Of a stretch of DNA of 64,000 nt, positions 27,471 to 39,533 are shown piece after piece. How positions within the stretch are numbered: position 1 is the stretch's first letter; every line of letters begins with the position of its first letter. The stretch comes from an uncultured Chloroflexia bacterium (lineage in GTDB: Bacteria; Chloroflexota; Limnocylindria; Limnocylindrales; CSP1-4). The notes under the pieces are model-generated. The model was not told where the DNA came from. It saw only the letters and a program-made list of their open reading frames with translations, and did not search any database. Made by a program: the position numbers and the translations under genes. Where the stretch lies: NCBI GenBank assembly GCA_963711405.1, contig CAVQDZ010000004.1, forward strand, positions 126,425-190,424. The letters are read 5' to 3'.

Positions 27471-30173
27471 GTGTATCGAGGCCAGCCGGCGCGTTATCGC
27501 ACGCGCAACGGCAACCAGAAGCAAAGCGCAGCCCTGAGGCGGATGGCCTTGACGCGCGTCACAGCGCGTCCCAAGCCGACGAGCAAGATCGGCACGTACA
27601 TCGCCTCCGTCCTCGCCATCGTCTTCGCGCTCATCGCTTTCTCGGCGCTGGCGGTAGTGCTCGCCGTTGCCACCGGGCTGACGTTCATTGCCAACATGCA
27701 GTCGGAGCTGCCGTCCGTGGCCGGCTTCGATCAGCTCGAGTACGCCCAACCGTCCGTCGTCTACGACCGCACCGGCACCGTCCAATTGGCCACGTTCCAG
27801 GATGAGTTTCGCCATGTCGTTGCCTTTGAGGACATCCCCAAAGTGCTGCTCGACGCGACCATCGCCGTCGAGGACCGCACCTTCTGGGACAACGAGGGCT
27901 TCGACCCGAACGCCATCGCCTCGGCCATCCTGGAGAACCTGACCGGCATCAGCGACCGCGGCGCGTCAACCATCACCCAGCAGCTCGTTCGTGCCCGGCT
28001 CCTGCCCCAGGACGTCCTCGAAGGCGACCAGAACATCCGCAAGATCAAGGAGATCCTGCAGGCCAAGGCCCTGACCGAGGCATTCCCTGGCGACGAAGGC
28101 AAGCAACGCATCATCAGCGCGTACCTGAACCAGATCTATTACGGCCACCAGGCCTACGGCGTCGCCGCCGCGGCGCAGGTCTATTTCGGCGTCACTGATC
28201 TCAAGCTGCTCACCCCGGCGCAGGCCGCGCTGCTCGCGGGCTTGCCGCAGGCGCCGGATAGCTACGACCTGTACAAGTGGGCACAGCCCGACCAGTACGG
28301 CCAGCTTGTAGTGCCAACACAGTCAGAGAACGGCGAGGCTCTGCCGCCACCCGTCCAGCGCCGCAACTTCATCCTCACCGCGCTCGAAGAGGGCCACGGC
28401 CATTTCATCCGCCTGACGCCCGAGCAGCTTCAGGAAGCGCTCGACGAGCCGATCATCCTTCATCCGCCCGCCCCGACCCAGTTCAAGGCAGCCCAGTTCG
28501 TCTACTACATGAAGAGCCAGCTGGACCAGCTGCTGGCCGATCGTGAGCCGGCCGAGACAGGCGGCTACAAGATCATCACGACGCTCGACATGAACGCCCA
28601 GGCGCTCGCCGAGAAGTACGTCGGGGCGGGCACGATCCTGCCCAATGAGACGGTCGATCAGATGGAATCGAACATCGACAGTCAGGGTCTGCAACAGGAC
28701 CGCAAGTGGATCGAAGCGCTGCATGGCATGGACATCCATAACGGCGCGCTGGTGGCCATGGATGCCCGGACCGGCGATCTCGTGGCCTACGTGGGCAGCG
28801 CCTGCTACTACTGCAACGACCTCGCCTCGCCCCAGTTCGATCCCAAGTTCGACGTCGCCGGACGCGGCTATAGACAGCCTGGTTCGGCCTGGAAGCCGCT
28901 CGTGTACATGACCGGCTTCGACAACCACACGATCACGCCCGGCTCGTTGCTGATGGACGTCATCACCGAGTTTGCGCGCGGCTGGTTCCCGCGCGACGCC
29001 GACCTCAAGGAGCGCGGTCCGGTGTTGATGCGCGACGCGCTGGGCTACTCGCTCAACATCCCGACCATTCGAGCGCTCGATCGCGTCGGCGTGGACAACG
29101 TTGCCAATTTGGCGCGCACGCTGGGCATCACCTTCGTGCGCGGCGACAACCAGCTCGAGGCGGCCGGTTTGGCCGGCGCCATCGGCACGGCGGAGACGAA
29201 CATGGTTCAGCTCACGTCCGCCTATGCCACGATCGCGAACGGCGGTGTCCAGAACCAGCCGCGCACGATCCTCGAGGTCCTCGACGCGAACGGCAACCAG
29301 GTGCCCACGGCAGGCTTGAATCCGCCGCAGCAGGTCATGAGCCCGCAGGCGTCGTGGCTCATGTCCGACATCCTCAAGGACAGCACCGACCCGGCCACGA
29401 ACACGATCTTCGGCCCGCGCCTGGAGATCGTGAACGGCGTCGCGGATCCGCTCGTGCCGGGCAGCGATCGGCGACCAGCGGCGGCCAAGACCGGTACGAC
29501 GAACGACCTGCGCGACCTGTCCGCGTACGGCTACCTCGCGCCACCGGCAGACCCCAACCAGCCGCAGATCGTCACGTCCGTGTGGATGGGCAACAGCGAC
29601 CACAGCCCGCCGTTGGGCGGCGACGTTTCGATCGTCGCCGCTGACGGCCCCGGCCGCGTCTGGTCATCGTTCATGCGCGAGCTGTCGCGCGGCTGGCCCG
29701 TGGCGCAATTCCCCGCGCCGCCTGCGGGTGTCGTCGCCGCGACGATCGATGCCTGGTCGGGCGGCGCGCCCGGCCCATGGACGGAAGCAACGCGCACCGA
29801 ATACTTCATTGACGGCACGCAGCCCGGAGCGCCCGGCCAGATCGATCAGGACGGTCTGCTCTATCGCCAGACGTGCGGACGCTGGTTCGTCGACATCACC
29901 AAGGCCGAGGCTGCGGAGCCGCAGCGCTGGCTTGACGCCGACCTGGACTGGATGGATCGCGCCCGCCGCGGAGTTGGCATCAAGGGTGTCAACGGCGGGC
30001 GCACTGCGCACCTGACCGGCCGCGCGGACTGGGGCGGCTACATCGCGCCGGTCGATTGCACGTCAGTTCCGACGCCGTCGCCGCCACCGGGCGGGACACC
30101 GGCGCCACCGTCCGACAACCCCGAGCCCGACGCCGACTCCGCCACCCGATCAGACGCCGACTCCGACGCCTGA
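27471..30173 (+). CDS. Class A penicillin-binding protein (glycosyltransferase GT51 + transpeptidase)
   Basis: GT51 motifs EDRTFWDNEGFD and RKIKE. Transpeptidase motifs SAWKP (SxxK), YSLN (SxN) and KTGTT. The C-terminal tail may really continue in the +1 frame to 30222 (see findings). Confidence 0.9.
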   Translation: MYRGQPARYRTRNGNQKQSAALRRMALTRVTARPKPTSKIGTYIASVLAIVFALIAFSALAVVLAVATGLTFIANMQSELPSVAGFDQLEYAQPSVVYDRTGTVQLATFQDEFRHVVAFEDIPKVLLDATIAVEDRTFWDNEGFDPNAIASAILENLTGISDRGASTITQQLVRARLLPQDVLEGDQNIRKIKEILQAKALTEAFPGDEGKQRIISAYLNQIYYGHQAYGVAAAAQVYFGVTDLKLLTPAQAALLAGLPQAPDSYDLYKWAQPDQYGQLVVPTQSENGEALPPPVQRRNFILTALEEGHGHFIRLTPEQLQEALDEPIILHPPAPTQFKAAQFVYYMKSQLDQLLADREPAETGGYKIITTLDMNAQALAEKYVGAGTILPNETVDQMESNIDSQGLQQDRKWIEALHGMDIHNGALVAMDARTGDLVAYVGSACYYCNDLASPQFDPKFDVAGRGYRQPGSAWKPLVYMTGFDNHTITPGSLLMDVITEFARGWFPRDADLKERGPVLMRDALGYSLNIPTIRALDRVGVDNVANLARTLGITFVRGDNQLEAAGLAGAIGTAETNMVQLTSAYATIANGGVQNQPRTILEVLDANGNQVPTAGLNPPQQVMSPQASWLMSDILKDSTDPATNTIFGPRLEIVNGVADPLVPGSDRRPAAAKTGTTNDLRDLSAYGYLAPPADPNQPQIVTSVWMGNSDHSPPLGGDVSIVAADGPGRVWSSFMRELSRGWPVAQFPAPPAGVVAATIDAWSGGAPGPWTEATRTEYFIDGTQPGAPGQIDQDGLLYRQTCGRWFVDITKAEAAEPQRWLDADLDWMDRARRGVGIKGVNGGRTAHLTGRADWGGYIAPVDCTSVPTPSPPPGGTPAPPSDNPEPDADSATRSDADSDA

Positions 30174-30233
30174 GCCGACCAAGTCACCAAAGCCCAAACC
30201 GAGTCCGACCGCTACGCCATAAAGGCGGGCTCT

Positions 30234-31022
30234 CTACGCGGTAGCCGCCTCGTGAGTTGGCGTGCCGGCGGCCTGGTTGTCGCTGCTCGAATGGGCGCCC
30301 GGCACGTGGCCGGTTGACGAATCGCCCAGGTTGCCCTCGACGTCAAGCACGTAGCCGATACCTTGGAACGTCTTGATCGGCCCGGCCTCGCCGGGCGCGG
30401 CGCCAAGCTTGCGTCGGACGCGGCTGATCCACACGCGCAGATACTGCAGGTCGTCGCGGTATTCCGGGCCCCAGACCTTGGTCAGCAGCTCTGTATGCAG
30501 CACGACCTTGCCCGCGTGCGCGGCCAGGTGTTGAAGCAGCAGCCACTCCGTACGGCTGAGCGAGACGAGCTCGCCGCCCTTGGTCAACAGGCGTCGCTCG
30601 AGGTCGATCTCTATGTCGCCGAAGGCGACGACGCCGGCGCCAGGCGACACGCCGCTCGCGCGCCGTAACACTGCGCGCACGCGCGCGGCAAGCTCGTCGG
30701 GGTGGAACGGCTTGGCGATGTAGTCGTCTGCGCCCAGGTCCAAACCCTTGGCCTTGTCGCTCGTGGAGCCCTTGGCCGTGAGCAGGATGACCGGTACGGG
30801 GCGCCACTCACGCAGCTGGCGCATGACCTCAATGCCGTCGAGATCGGGCATGACGATGTCAAGCAGGACGATGTCCGGACGGATCTCCTCGGCCTTCTTG
30901 AGCGCTTCCTCACCACCCCCGGCGGTGACGACACGGAAACCCTCGTCACTGAGGGTCAACGCCACCAGCTTGGTGATGCGCGGCTCGTCGTCAGCGACGA
31001 GCACGAGGGGTTGACTGTTCAT
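30234..31022 (-). CDS. OmpR/PhoB-family response regulator
   Basis: Receiver domain (VLVADDEP..DIVMPDLDG..LTAKG) plus a winged-helix output (SRTEWLLLQHL..LRVWISRVRRKL). No histidine kinase gene is adjacent. Confidence 0.9.
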   Translation of the reverse strand: MNSQPLVLVADDEPRITKLVALTLSDEGFRVVTAGGGEEALKKAEEIRPDIVLLDIVMPDLDGIEVMRQLREWRPVPVILLTAKGSTSDKAKGLDLGADDYIAKPFHPDELAARVRAVLRRASGVSPGAGVVAFGDIEIDLERRLLTKGGELVSLSRTEWLLLQHLAAHAGKVVLHTELLTKVWGPEYRDDLQYLRVWISRVRRKLGAAPGEAGPIKTFQGIGYVLDVEGNLGDSSTGHVPGAHSSSDNQAAGTPTHEAATA

Positions 31023-31104
31023 GGCGCCAGACTACCCGCGGAGGCCTGACTGTTGGCCTAATGCTCCGTATCAAAGACCTTGCAATTGCAGTACTGACTG
31101 CAGT

Positions 31105-33225
<2,121 letters not shown>

Positions 33226-33512
33226 AGGCGCGGCACTCTAGCGCCAATGTCCGATTCGGAGGCTCGACCATCCGCGGAGCCAACCCGTTTGGTCGTTATG
33301 TCGACCCTACGGCCACGGCCTGGCGGCTTGCTCGATTTGATGCACATGAAAGCCAAGGGTGAGGCCAGATTGACTGGCTTTCGTGTGCGGAAGACTGGAC
33401 TTTCGGCCAACGCTTGTCCGTAAGGATCGGATCACGACCAACCACGGGCGCGGGCTCGTTTGGGGCCTGACCACCACGGCGGCGACGCCCGGCGACGTAA
33501 CCTGACCCCCAC

Positions 33513-36179
33513 ATGTCGCTCGACACATACAACCGCAAGCGCGATTTCGGCAAGACACCCGAGCCTGCCGGCGAGCTTGGGCCGACCGCGCCGCCGCCGG
33601 AGGGCAGGCGCTACGTCGTGCAGCGTCATCGGGCGACGCGCTTGCATTACGACTTTCGGCTCGAGATCGACGGCGTGCTCATGTCGTGGGCCGTGCCGCG
33701 CGGGCCAAGCCTAAGTCCCGCGGACCGGCGCATGGCGGTTCACGTCGAGGACCATCCCCTCTCCTACTACGACTTCGAGGGCGTCATCCCCAAGGGCGAG
33801 TACGGCGGTGGCGACGTCATCGTCTGGGACTGGGGCACGTTTGAGCCGGAGGAAACGAACGATCCAGGCAAGGCCGTGGCCAGCGGCGAGCTCAAGTTTC
33901 GCCTCGATGGCGTCAAGCTCAAAGGCCGCTTCACGCTGGTCAAGACGCGCGGCTACAACGCCGGCCAGGACGACTGGCTGCTGATCCACAAGAAGGACGC
34001 CGACGCCGTCTCCGACTGGAACGTCGACGACCATCCACAGTCGGTCAAGACAGGCCGCACCAACGACGAGGTCAAACAAGGCCGCGACGCAATCTGGGAC
34101 AGCCACGCGCCAGCAGAGAAGGCGAGCATCGACCTGTCCGGCGCTCGCGACGCGGCCTTGCCGGACTTTGTCGAGCCAATGAAGGCGACCCAGGCCGACA
34201 AGGCGTTCGATGACCCGGACTGGCTGTTCGAGGTCAAGCTCGACGGCTATCGCGTCGAGGCGATCGTCAACGACGGCAGCGTCCGGCTGTGGACGCGCAA
34301 CAAGCAGGACGCCGCGCGCTATTTCCCCGATCTTGCCGCGGCCAAGCCCACCTGGATCAACGCCAAGCAGGCGATCGTCGATGGCGAGGTGGTGGCTCTT
34401 GGCGAAGACGGCAACCCAGCGTTTTCGCTGCTCCAGGACCGTGCCGGCATGGGCCGCTTCGGACCACGCGGCATGGGCGACGAGAAGAAAGACAGAACCT
34501 ACGTCGCCCCGGTCGTCTACTACGTCTTCGACCTGATCTACCTCGACGGCAGGCTGCTCACGGACGTGCCTCTCGAGCAGCGCAAGCACCTGCTGCGCAC
34601 GGTTCTGCGCGACCATCCCAGCGTCCGCTACGGCACGCACGTGGAGGCAGATGGCAAGGCTTTCTACGAGGTCATGGAGCAGCGCGGCCTGGAGGGCATG
34701 ATCGCCAAGCTGCGCACCAGCCGGTACGAGCCCGGGCGCCGTTCCAAGGCATGGCTCAAGGTCAAGATCCGGCGCGAGCAGGAAGTCATCGTCGTTGGCT
34801 ACGAGCCGGGCAAAGGCGCCCGGGCGGACCTGGGCTCGCTCATCCTCGCAGTCAACGAGGACAACGAGCTGCGCTATGTGGGCGAAGTCGGCAGCGGCCT
34901 GGACCAGCGCACGATCCGCCAGTTGAAGAGCGAGCTCGATGCGCATCGGCTCAGTGAGCCGCCGGTCGTCAACCCACCGCGCATCAAGGGCTCTGTATGG
35001 AGCGAGCCACGCCTCGTCGTGCGCGTCGAGTTCAGCGAATGGACGGCGGACAACTATCTGCGCCAGGCCGCCTACAAGGGGTTGGAGATCGGCAAGGACC
35101 CCAGGTCGGTCGTGCGCGAGCGGGCGATTTCCACGCGCACTGCGACGCGCGAGGCGGAGGAGGAGTCGGAAGTGAAGGCACCGACCGGCAGCGCGAAGTC
35201 CCTTAACAGCGAGCGGGCGGCGACCGATGACGCCGCCACGCCCGATGAGATGGCTGCGCTCGAGGCGCTGGGCAAGGAAGGCACCTGGGACATCGGCGGC
35301 CGCACGATCAGCCTGTCAAACCTGGACAAAGTGCTGTTTCCGGGCGGCCCGGGCGGCGGGCCGTACACCAAGCGCGACCTGATCCGCTACTACGTCAGCG
35401 TCGCGCCGGTGCTGCTGCCGTACCTGCATGACCGCGCCGTCAACCTCTGGCGCTGGCCGGATGGCGTCACCGGCAAGAGCTTCTGGCAGAAGCAGATTCC
35501 GTCGTATACGCCTGAGTGGATCAAGCGCTGGGACTACCCGGAGGCGGGTTCGTCGGAGTCACACACATACATCGTGGCCGACAGCGTCGCGACGATGGCG
35601 TGGCTGGCCAATCACGCGACGATAGATGTCCACCCGTGGACATCGCGCACGGAGGCGTACAGGACGCCGACCTACGCGCTCATTGATATCGACCCGGGTG
35701 AGAAGACAACCTGGGACGACGTGCTGACGCTGACCCGGCTGTACCAGGCCGCGCTCGAGCATCTCAAGGTCACGGGCCTGCCCAAGGTCACCGGCAAGCG
35801 CGGCATCCAGATCTGGGTGCCGGTCAAGCCGATCTACACCTATCGCGAGACGAGCGACTGGGTCGAGGGGCTGTCGCGCGCGGTCGGTGCGGCGGTACCC
35901 AAGCTGGTGTCGTGGGACTGGGCCAAGGCGTCACGCGGCGGCCTTGCGCGCCTCGACTTCACTCAGAACGCGGTCAACAAGACGCTCGTCGCGCCGTACG
36001 CCGTGCGGCCTGTGCCAGATGCCGCCGTGTCCGCGCCCATCACGTGGGACGAGCTTGACGATCCGGACCTGCGGCCCGGACGCTGGAACATCCAATCGAT
36101 CCTGCCACGCATCGCCGAGCGCGGCGACCTGTTCGCCCAGGCTCTGACGGTCGAGCAGGAGCTGCCGGATATCGGCTGA
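33513..36179 (+). CDS. ligD: Multidomain ATP-dependent DNA ligase LigD (3'-phosphoesterase, ligase, polymerase/primase)
   Basis: Phosphoesterase domain (VVQRHRATRLHYDFRLE..HPLSYYDFEG), ligase motif I EVKLDGYR, and a polymerase domain (LSNLDKVLFP..VTGKRGIQIWVPV). Confidence 0.9.
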   Translation: MSLDTYNRKRDFGKTPEPAGELGPTAPPPEGRRYVVQRHRATRLHYDFRLEIDGVLMSWAVPRGPSLSPADRRMAVHVEDHPLSYYDFEGVIPKGEYGGGDVIVWDWGTFEPEETNDPGKAVASGELKFRLDGVKLKGRFTLVKTRGYNAGQDDWLLIHKKDADAVSDWNVDDHPQSVKTGRTNDEVKQGRDAIWDSHAPAEKASIDLSGARDAALPDFVEPMKATQADKAFDDPDWLFEVKLDGYRVEAIVNDGSVRLWTRNKQDAARYFPDLAAAKPTWINAKQAIVDGEVVALGEDGNPAFSLLQDRAGMGRFGPRGMGDEKKDRTYVAPVVYYVFDLIYLDGRLLTDVPLEQRKHLLRTVLRDHPSVRYGTHVEADGKAFYEVMEQRGLEGMIAKLRTSRYEPGRRSKAWLKVKIRREQEVIVVGYEPGKGARADLGSLILAVNEDNELRYVGEVGSGLDQRTIRQLKSELDAHRLSEPPVVNPPRIKGSVWSEPRLVVRVEFSEWTADNYLRQAAYKGLEIGKDPRSVVRERAISTRTATREAEEESEVKAPTGSAKSLNSERAATDDAATPDEMAALEALGKEGTWDIGGRTISLSNLDKVLFPGGPGGGPYTKRDLIRYYVSVAPVLLPYLHDRAVNLWRWPDGVTGKSFWQKQIPSYTPEWIKRWDYPEAGSSESHTYIVADSVATMAWLANHATIDVHPWTSRTEAYRTPTYALIDIDPGEKTTWDDVLTLTRLYQAALEHLKVTGLPKVTGKRGIQIWVPVKPIYTYRETSDWVEGLSRAVGAAVPKLVSWDWAKASRGGLARLDFTQNAVNKTLVAPYAVRPVPDAAVSAPITWDELDDPDLRPGRWNIQSILPRIAERGDLFAQALTVEQELPDIG

Positions 36180-36200
36180 GTCTCTCCATAGACTGCGGGT

Positions 36201-37481
36201 GTGGCATTCGCATCCGGCTGGGATAGCTTCGACAGGCGAACGCTGCACTTCCTGGACGCCGACCTCGAGCACGCCTATCAAAGGGCCGAGTCGGCCGACG
36301 CGATCAAGCGCGCCCAGGCAACTGGCCTCGCCGCCGCCGCGACCTGGGTGGTGCTGGGAATCGTCGGCCCACCGGCAATCGGCGTGGCGCCGGAAAAAAC
36401 GTGGGCGATCGCTGCGGTTCTGACCGTCTTCAACCTCGCCACGGCCTTTGCCGGCAGGTGGGCGACAACCTACGCCCGAGGCAACGCGATCACCCTCACC
36501 CAGCAGCTGGGAACGGCCGTCGGCGTACTTCTCGTTACCTACGTCAACGGCATCTTTCCAACGTACGGCCTGCCCGCGTTAATGCTCGTGGCCGTCGGCA
36601 GCTTTGCCCTCGCCCGCCATCCGTTCGTGGCAGCGGTGCCGTTGGCCATCGTGTATGGAGTTCTGTTCGTTCTCGTCGCTATCGTCGTCAACCTGGGCGG
36701 GCAGCTGCCGCTGCAGCTCTTCATCCTTGTCTCGGCGCTCGGCGGAGGATGCGCCGGCGCGTACCTGCTCGAACAGTCGTCGCGAACCGCATTCGCCCAG
36801 GGCACGCTCGCCACGGCCCTCCATGAGCGCGTCGACCAGCTGCTCCGCCAGTACATGTCGCCCGACGTGGCGAGCACGCTGATCGAGGATCCCAGTCGCG
36901 CCGCCCTTGGTGGCGAGGAGCTTGAGGTCACGGTCCTGTTCGCGGACCTGCGCGGCTACACGTCGTTCTCCGAGCGCACTCCACCCGCGCAGGTCGTGGC
37001 CATGCTCAACGACGCGTTCGGAGTGGCCGTGCCCATCGTCCTTGCACAGGGCGGGACCGTGGTCCAGTTCATGGGCGACGCGATGATGGCGATCTTCAAC
37101 GCTCCGCACCCGCAGCGGGACCACGCGTTGCGCGCCGCTCGCGCGGGCCTGGCGCTACAGCGTGCGATCGGCGAGCTTCACGCTGGCAAGGATGAGCCCG
37201 GGTTTCGTGTCGGGATCAACAGCGGCCCAGCACTCGTGGGCAACATCGGCGCAGCGCAGATGCGCAACTACTCGGCGATCGGCGACACGACGAACCTGGC
37301 GGCGCGGCTGCAGACGTTCGCGGCTGAAGGCAGCGTAGTGATCGGCGCGACGACCTATGCGCTGATCGGGGAGTGCGCGACCGTCCGGCCGCTGGGCCAT
37401 CCCGAGCTCAAGGGCAAGTCCCAGCCGGTCGAGGTCTACGAGCTGCTCGGTGTGTGCGACCCGGAATCCGCACCCGCCTAG
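36201..37481 (+). CDS. Membrane-anchored class III adenylate/guanylate cyclase
   Basis: About 6 N-terminal TM helices, then VTVLFADLRGYTSFSE, MGDAMMAIFNAP and RVGINSGPALVGNIG..IGDTTNLAARL. Confidence 0.85.
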   Translation: MAFASGWDSFDRRTLHFLDADLEHAYQRAESADAIKRAQATGLAAAATWVVLGIVGPPAIGVAPEKTWAIAAVLTVFNLATAFAGRWATTYARGNAITLTQQLGTAVGVLLVTYVNGIFPTYGLPALMLVAVGSFALARHPFVAAVPLAIVYGVLFVLVAIVVNLGGQLPLQLFILVSALGGGCAGAYLLEQSSRTAFAQGTLATALHERVDQLLRQYMSPDVASTLIEDPSRAALGGEELEVTVLFADLRGYTSFSERTPPAQVVAMLNDAFGVAVPIVLAQGGTVVQFMGDAMMAIFNAPHPQRDHALRAARAGLALQRAIGELHAGKDEPGFRVGINSGPALVGNIGAAQMRNYSAIGDTTNLAARLQTFAAEGSVVIGATTYALIGECATVRPLGHPELKGKSQPVEVYELLGVCDPESAPA

Positions 37482-38725
37482 ATCTCGGCCGTTTCGGGCA
37501 CGTCGTGCAGCTTCAGGACGGGACTGCGGAACAGGAACAGGACGCCGCACAGCGCGCCGATCGAGGCGACGAAGAGCGTCTCGCGGACTCCTATCAGCCC
37601 GCCCGCCAAGCCGCCGACAACTGCCCCGATCGGCCGGATGCCCTGGTTGACAAAGCGCCAGGCGCCAGTGGCGCGGCTGCGGATGCTGTGCGGAGTGCGC
37701 GCCGGGATGATCGCGCCGGCATTGACGTCAAGAATCATCACGCCGAAGCCGCTGACGAACTCGGCCACGAAGAAGACGATCACAACGAGCGAGATGGATG
37801 ATCCCGGCGCGACGAGCGGCACAAGCAGGAAGCTGGCCGGAAACAGGACCAATCCCAGGGCGTAGGCCGGGCCGATGCCGATCCGACGCCCAACGCGTGC
37901 GGCGAGCACGGCGCCGACCACGCCACCAATCGCGCCGGCGCCGAGCGCCAGGCCGAGCAGGCCCGGGTTGAGGCCAAGGTACGTCGTCGCGTAGAGCACG
38001 AAGAGCGCCTGGAACGCATAGGTGAAGAAGTTCACCGTCGCGACCGAAGCAAGCGCCGGGCGCATGACCTTGTCGCGGACGATGAAGCTCAGGCCCGCGG
38101 TGAGCTGTGCGCGGATCGACTCGGTCGAAGGCTCGATGGGTGGCTCTGCGACGTGAATTCTGCCAAGGAAGAAGGCTGAGAACAGGTACGAGACCGCGTC
38201 GACGAGCACCGCGATGGGCGCGCTGAAGAACTGGATCAGCGCGCCGCCGATCAGTGGTCCGGCGACGGACGCCAACGAGCGGCTGCCGTTGAACATCGAG
38301 TTGGCCGTCAGATACTCCTCGCGCTCGACGACCGTGACGAACTGCGTGCTCCAGGCAATGTCGAAGGCGACGCCGAGCGTACCCGCGATGAACGTGGTCA
38401 CGAACAGCTGAGGCAGCGATAGGGCGCCCGCGACGAACGCCACGGCGATGCTGCCCACGACCACAGCGCGCCCCAGATCGGCCAGGATCATCAGCCGCCG
38501 GCGGTGATGGACCCGGTCCAGCCAGGCGCCGGCGGGGAGGGAGAACAGCAGGCTGGGCAGCAGCCCCGCGGCGGTCAGAAAGCCCATCTGCTCAGGCGTG
38601 GCGCCCAGGGTCAACGCCGCGATGATGGGAATCGCGAGCAACGTGATCTGGTCGCCAAAGACGGAGATCGTCTGGCCCAGCCACAGGTTGCGGAACGGCC
38701 GGTGATGGAGCAAGGCAGGCAACAT
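37478..38725 (-). CDS. MFS transporter
   Basis: 415 aa with about 12 TM segments and a typical MFS N-terminus FRNLWLGQTISVFGDQ. Confidence 0.85.
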   Translation of the reverse strand: MLPALLHHRPFRNLWLGQTISVFGDQITLLAIPIIAALTLGATPEQMGFLTAAGLLPSLLFSLPAGAWLDRVHHRRRLMILADLGRAVVVGSIAVAFVAGALSLPQLFVTTFIAGTLGVAFDIAWSTQFVTVVEREEYLTANSMFNGSRSLASVAGPLIGGALIQFFSAPIAVLVDAVSYLFSAFFLGRIHVAEPPIEPSTESIRAQLTAGLSFIVRDKVMRPALASVATVNFFTYAFQALFVLYATTYLGLNPGLLGLALGAGAIGGVVGAVLAARVGRRIGIGPAYALGLVLFPASFLLVPLVAPGSSISLVVIVFFVAEFVSGFGVMILDVNAGAIIPARTPHSIRSRATGAWRFVNQGIRPIGAVVGGLAGGLIGVRETLFVASIGALCGVLFLFRSPVLKLHDVPETAEI

Positions 38726-38785
38726 GGTTCTTGAATTGTCGGGGCGCTAGGGTGACCTGACCGTGAACATTCTTGGGGACTGCCG

Positions 38786-39460
38786 ATGATCGGCGACGCT
38801 GATTTCGAGCGGATCCGGCCGGCGCTGCCCATTTTGCAAGGGGCGACGCCAGAACTGATCCGGACCTTCAAGCAACATGCTTTTCTGGCACGCATAGCCG
38901 CTGGTCACGACGTCTTCGTCGAGGGGCAGGAAGTCGGGGCGATACCGCTGCTCGTCTCTGGCATCGTGCGCGTCTACCAAATCGGTGAGACCGGCCGCGA
39001 GGTGACCCTCTATCGGTTCTGGCCCACCGAGTCCTGCGTATTGACCGCGAGCGCCATCATGACCCACCAGTCATTTCCGGCCATCGCGACCGTCGAAGAC
39101 GATGCCGAGGCGGTGATGATCCCGGCCGAGACCTTCCGCGACTGGGTCCAACACGACGACCTGTGGCGGGACTTCTTCTTCGACCTTGTCGCGCAACGCC
39201 TGGCGAGCGTGATGAACGTCGTCGACGAGGTCGCATTCCGTCGTCTGGATCAGCGCGTAGCTGCTCTCCTCGCGCGTCGATCGACCGTGCTGAATCCTGT
39301 CGCGGTCACCCACCAAGAGATCGCCGACGAACTCGGCAGCGCCCGCGAGGCCATCAGCCGCGTCCTTGAGGACCTGGCGGTCAAGGGTTGGATTTCCGTC
39401 GGCCGCGGTCAGATAGAAGTCACAGATTTGCCTGCTCTCGAACGTGCAGCCGCTGGGTGA
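38786..39460 (+). CDS. Crp/Fnr-family transcriptional regulator
   Basis: cNMP-binding fold plus a C-terminal HTH (THQEIADELGSAREAISRVLEDL). Confidence 0.85.
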   Translation: MIGDADFERIRPALPILQGATPELIRTFKQHAFLARIAAGHDVFVEGQEVGAIPLLVSGIVRVYQIGETGREVTLYRFWPTESCVLTASAIMTHQSFPAIATVEDDAEAVMIPAETFRDWVQHDDLWRDFFFDLVAQRLASVMNVVDEVAFRRLDQRVAALLARRSTVLNPVAVTHQEIADELGSAREAISRVLEDLAVKGWISVGRGQIEVTDLPALERAAAG

Positions 39461-39533
39461 CTAAGTCACCGACGAACACCCCGGACGAAGTCACAGTCGG
39501 TTGCATCAACCCTCGTTCACCAAGGAGCATGAA

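Noticed and set aside
28323-29603. 426-aa ORF on the minus strand
   Set aside because: It is antisense to the PBP gene, whose motifs are unambiguous. It is a shadow ORF.
33711-34946. 411-aa ORF on the minus strand
   Set aside because: It is antisense to ligD. It is a shadow ORF.
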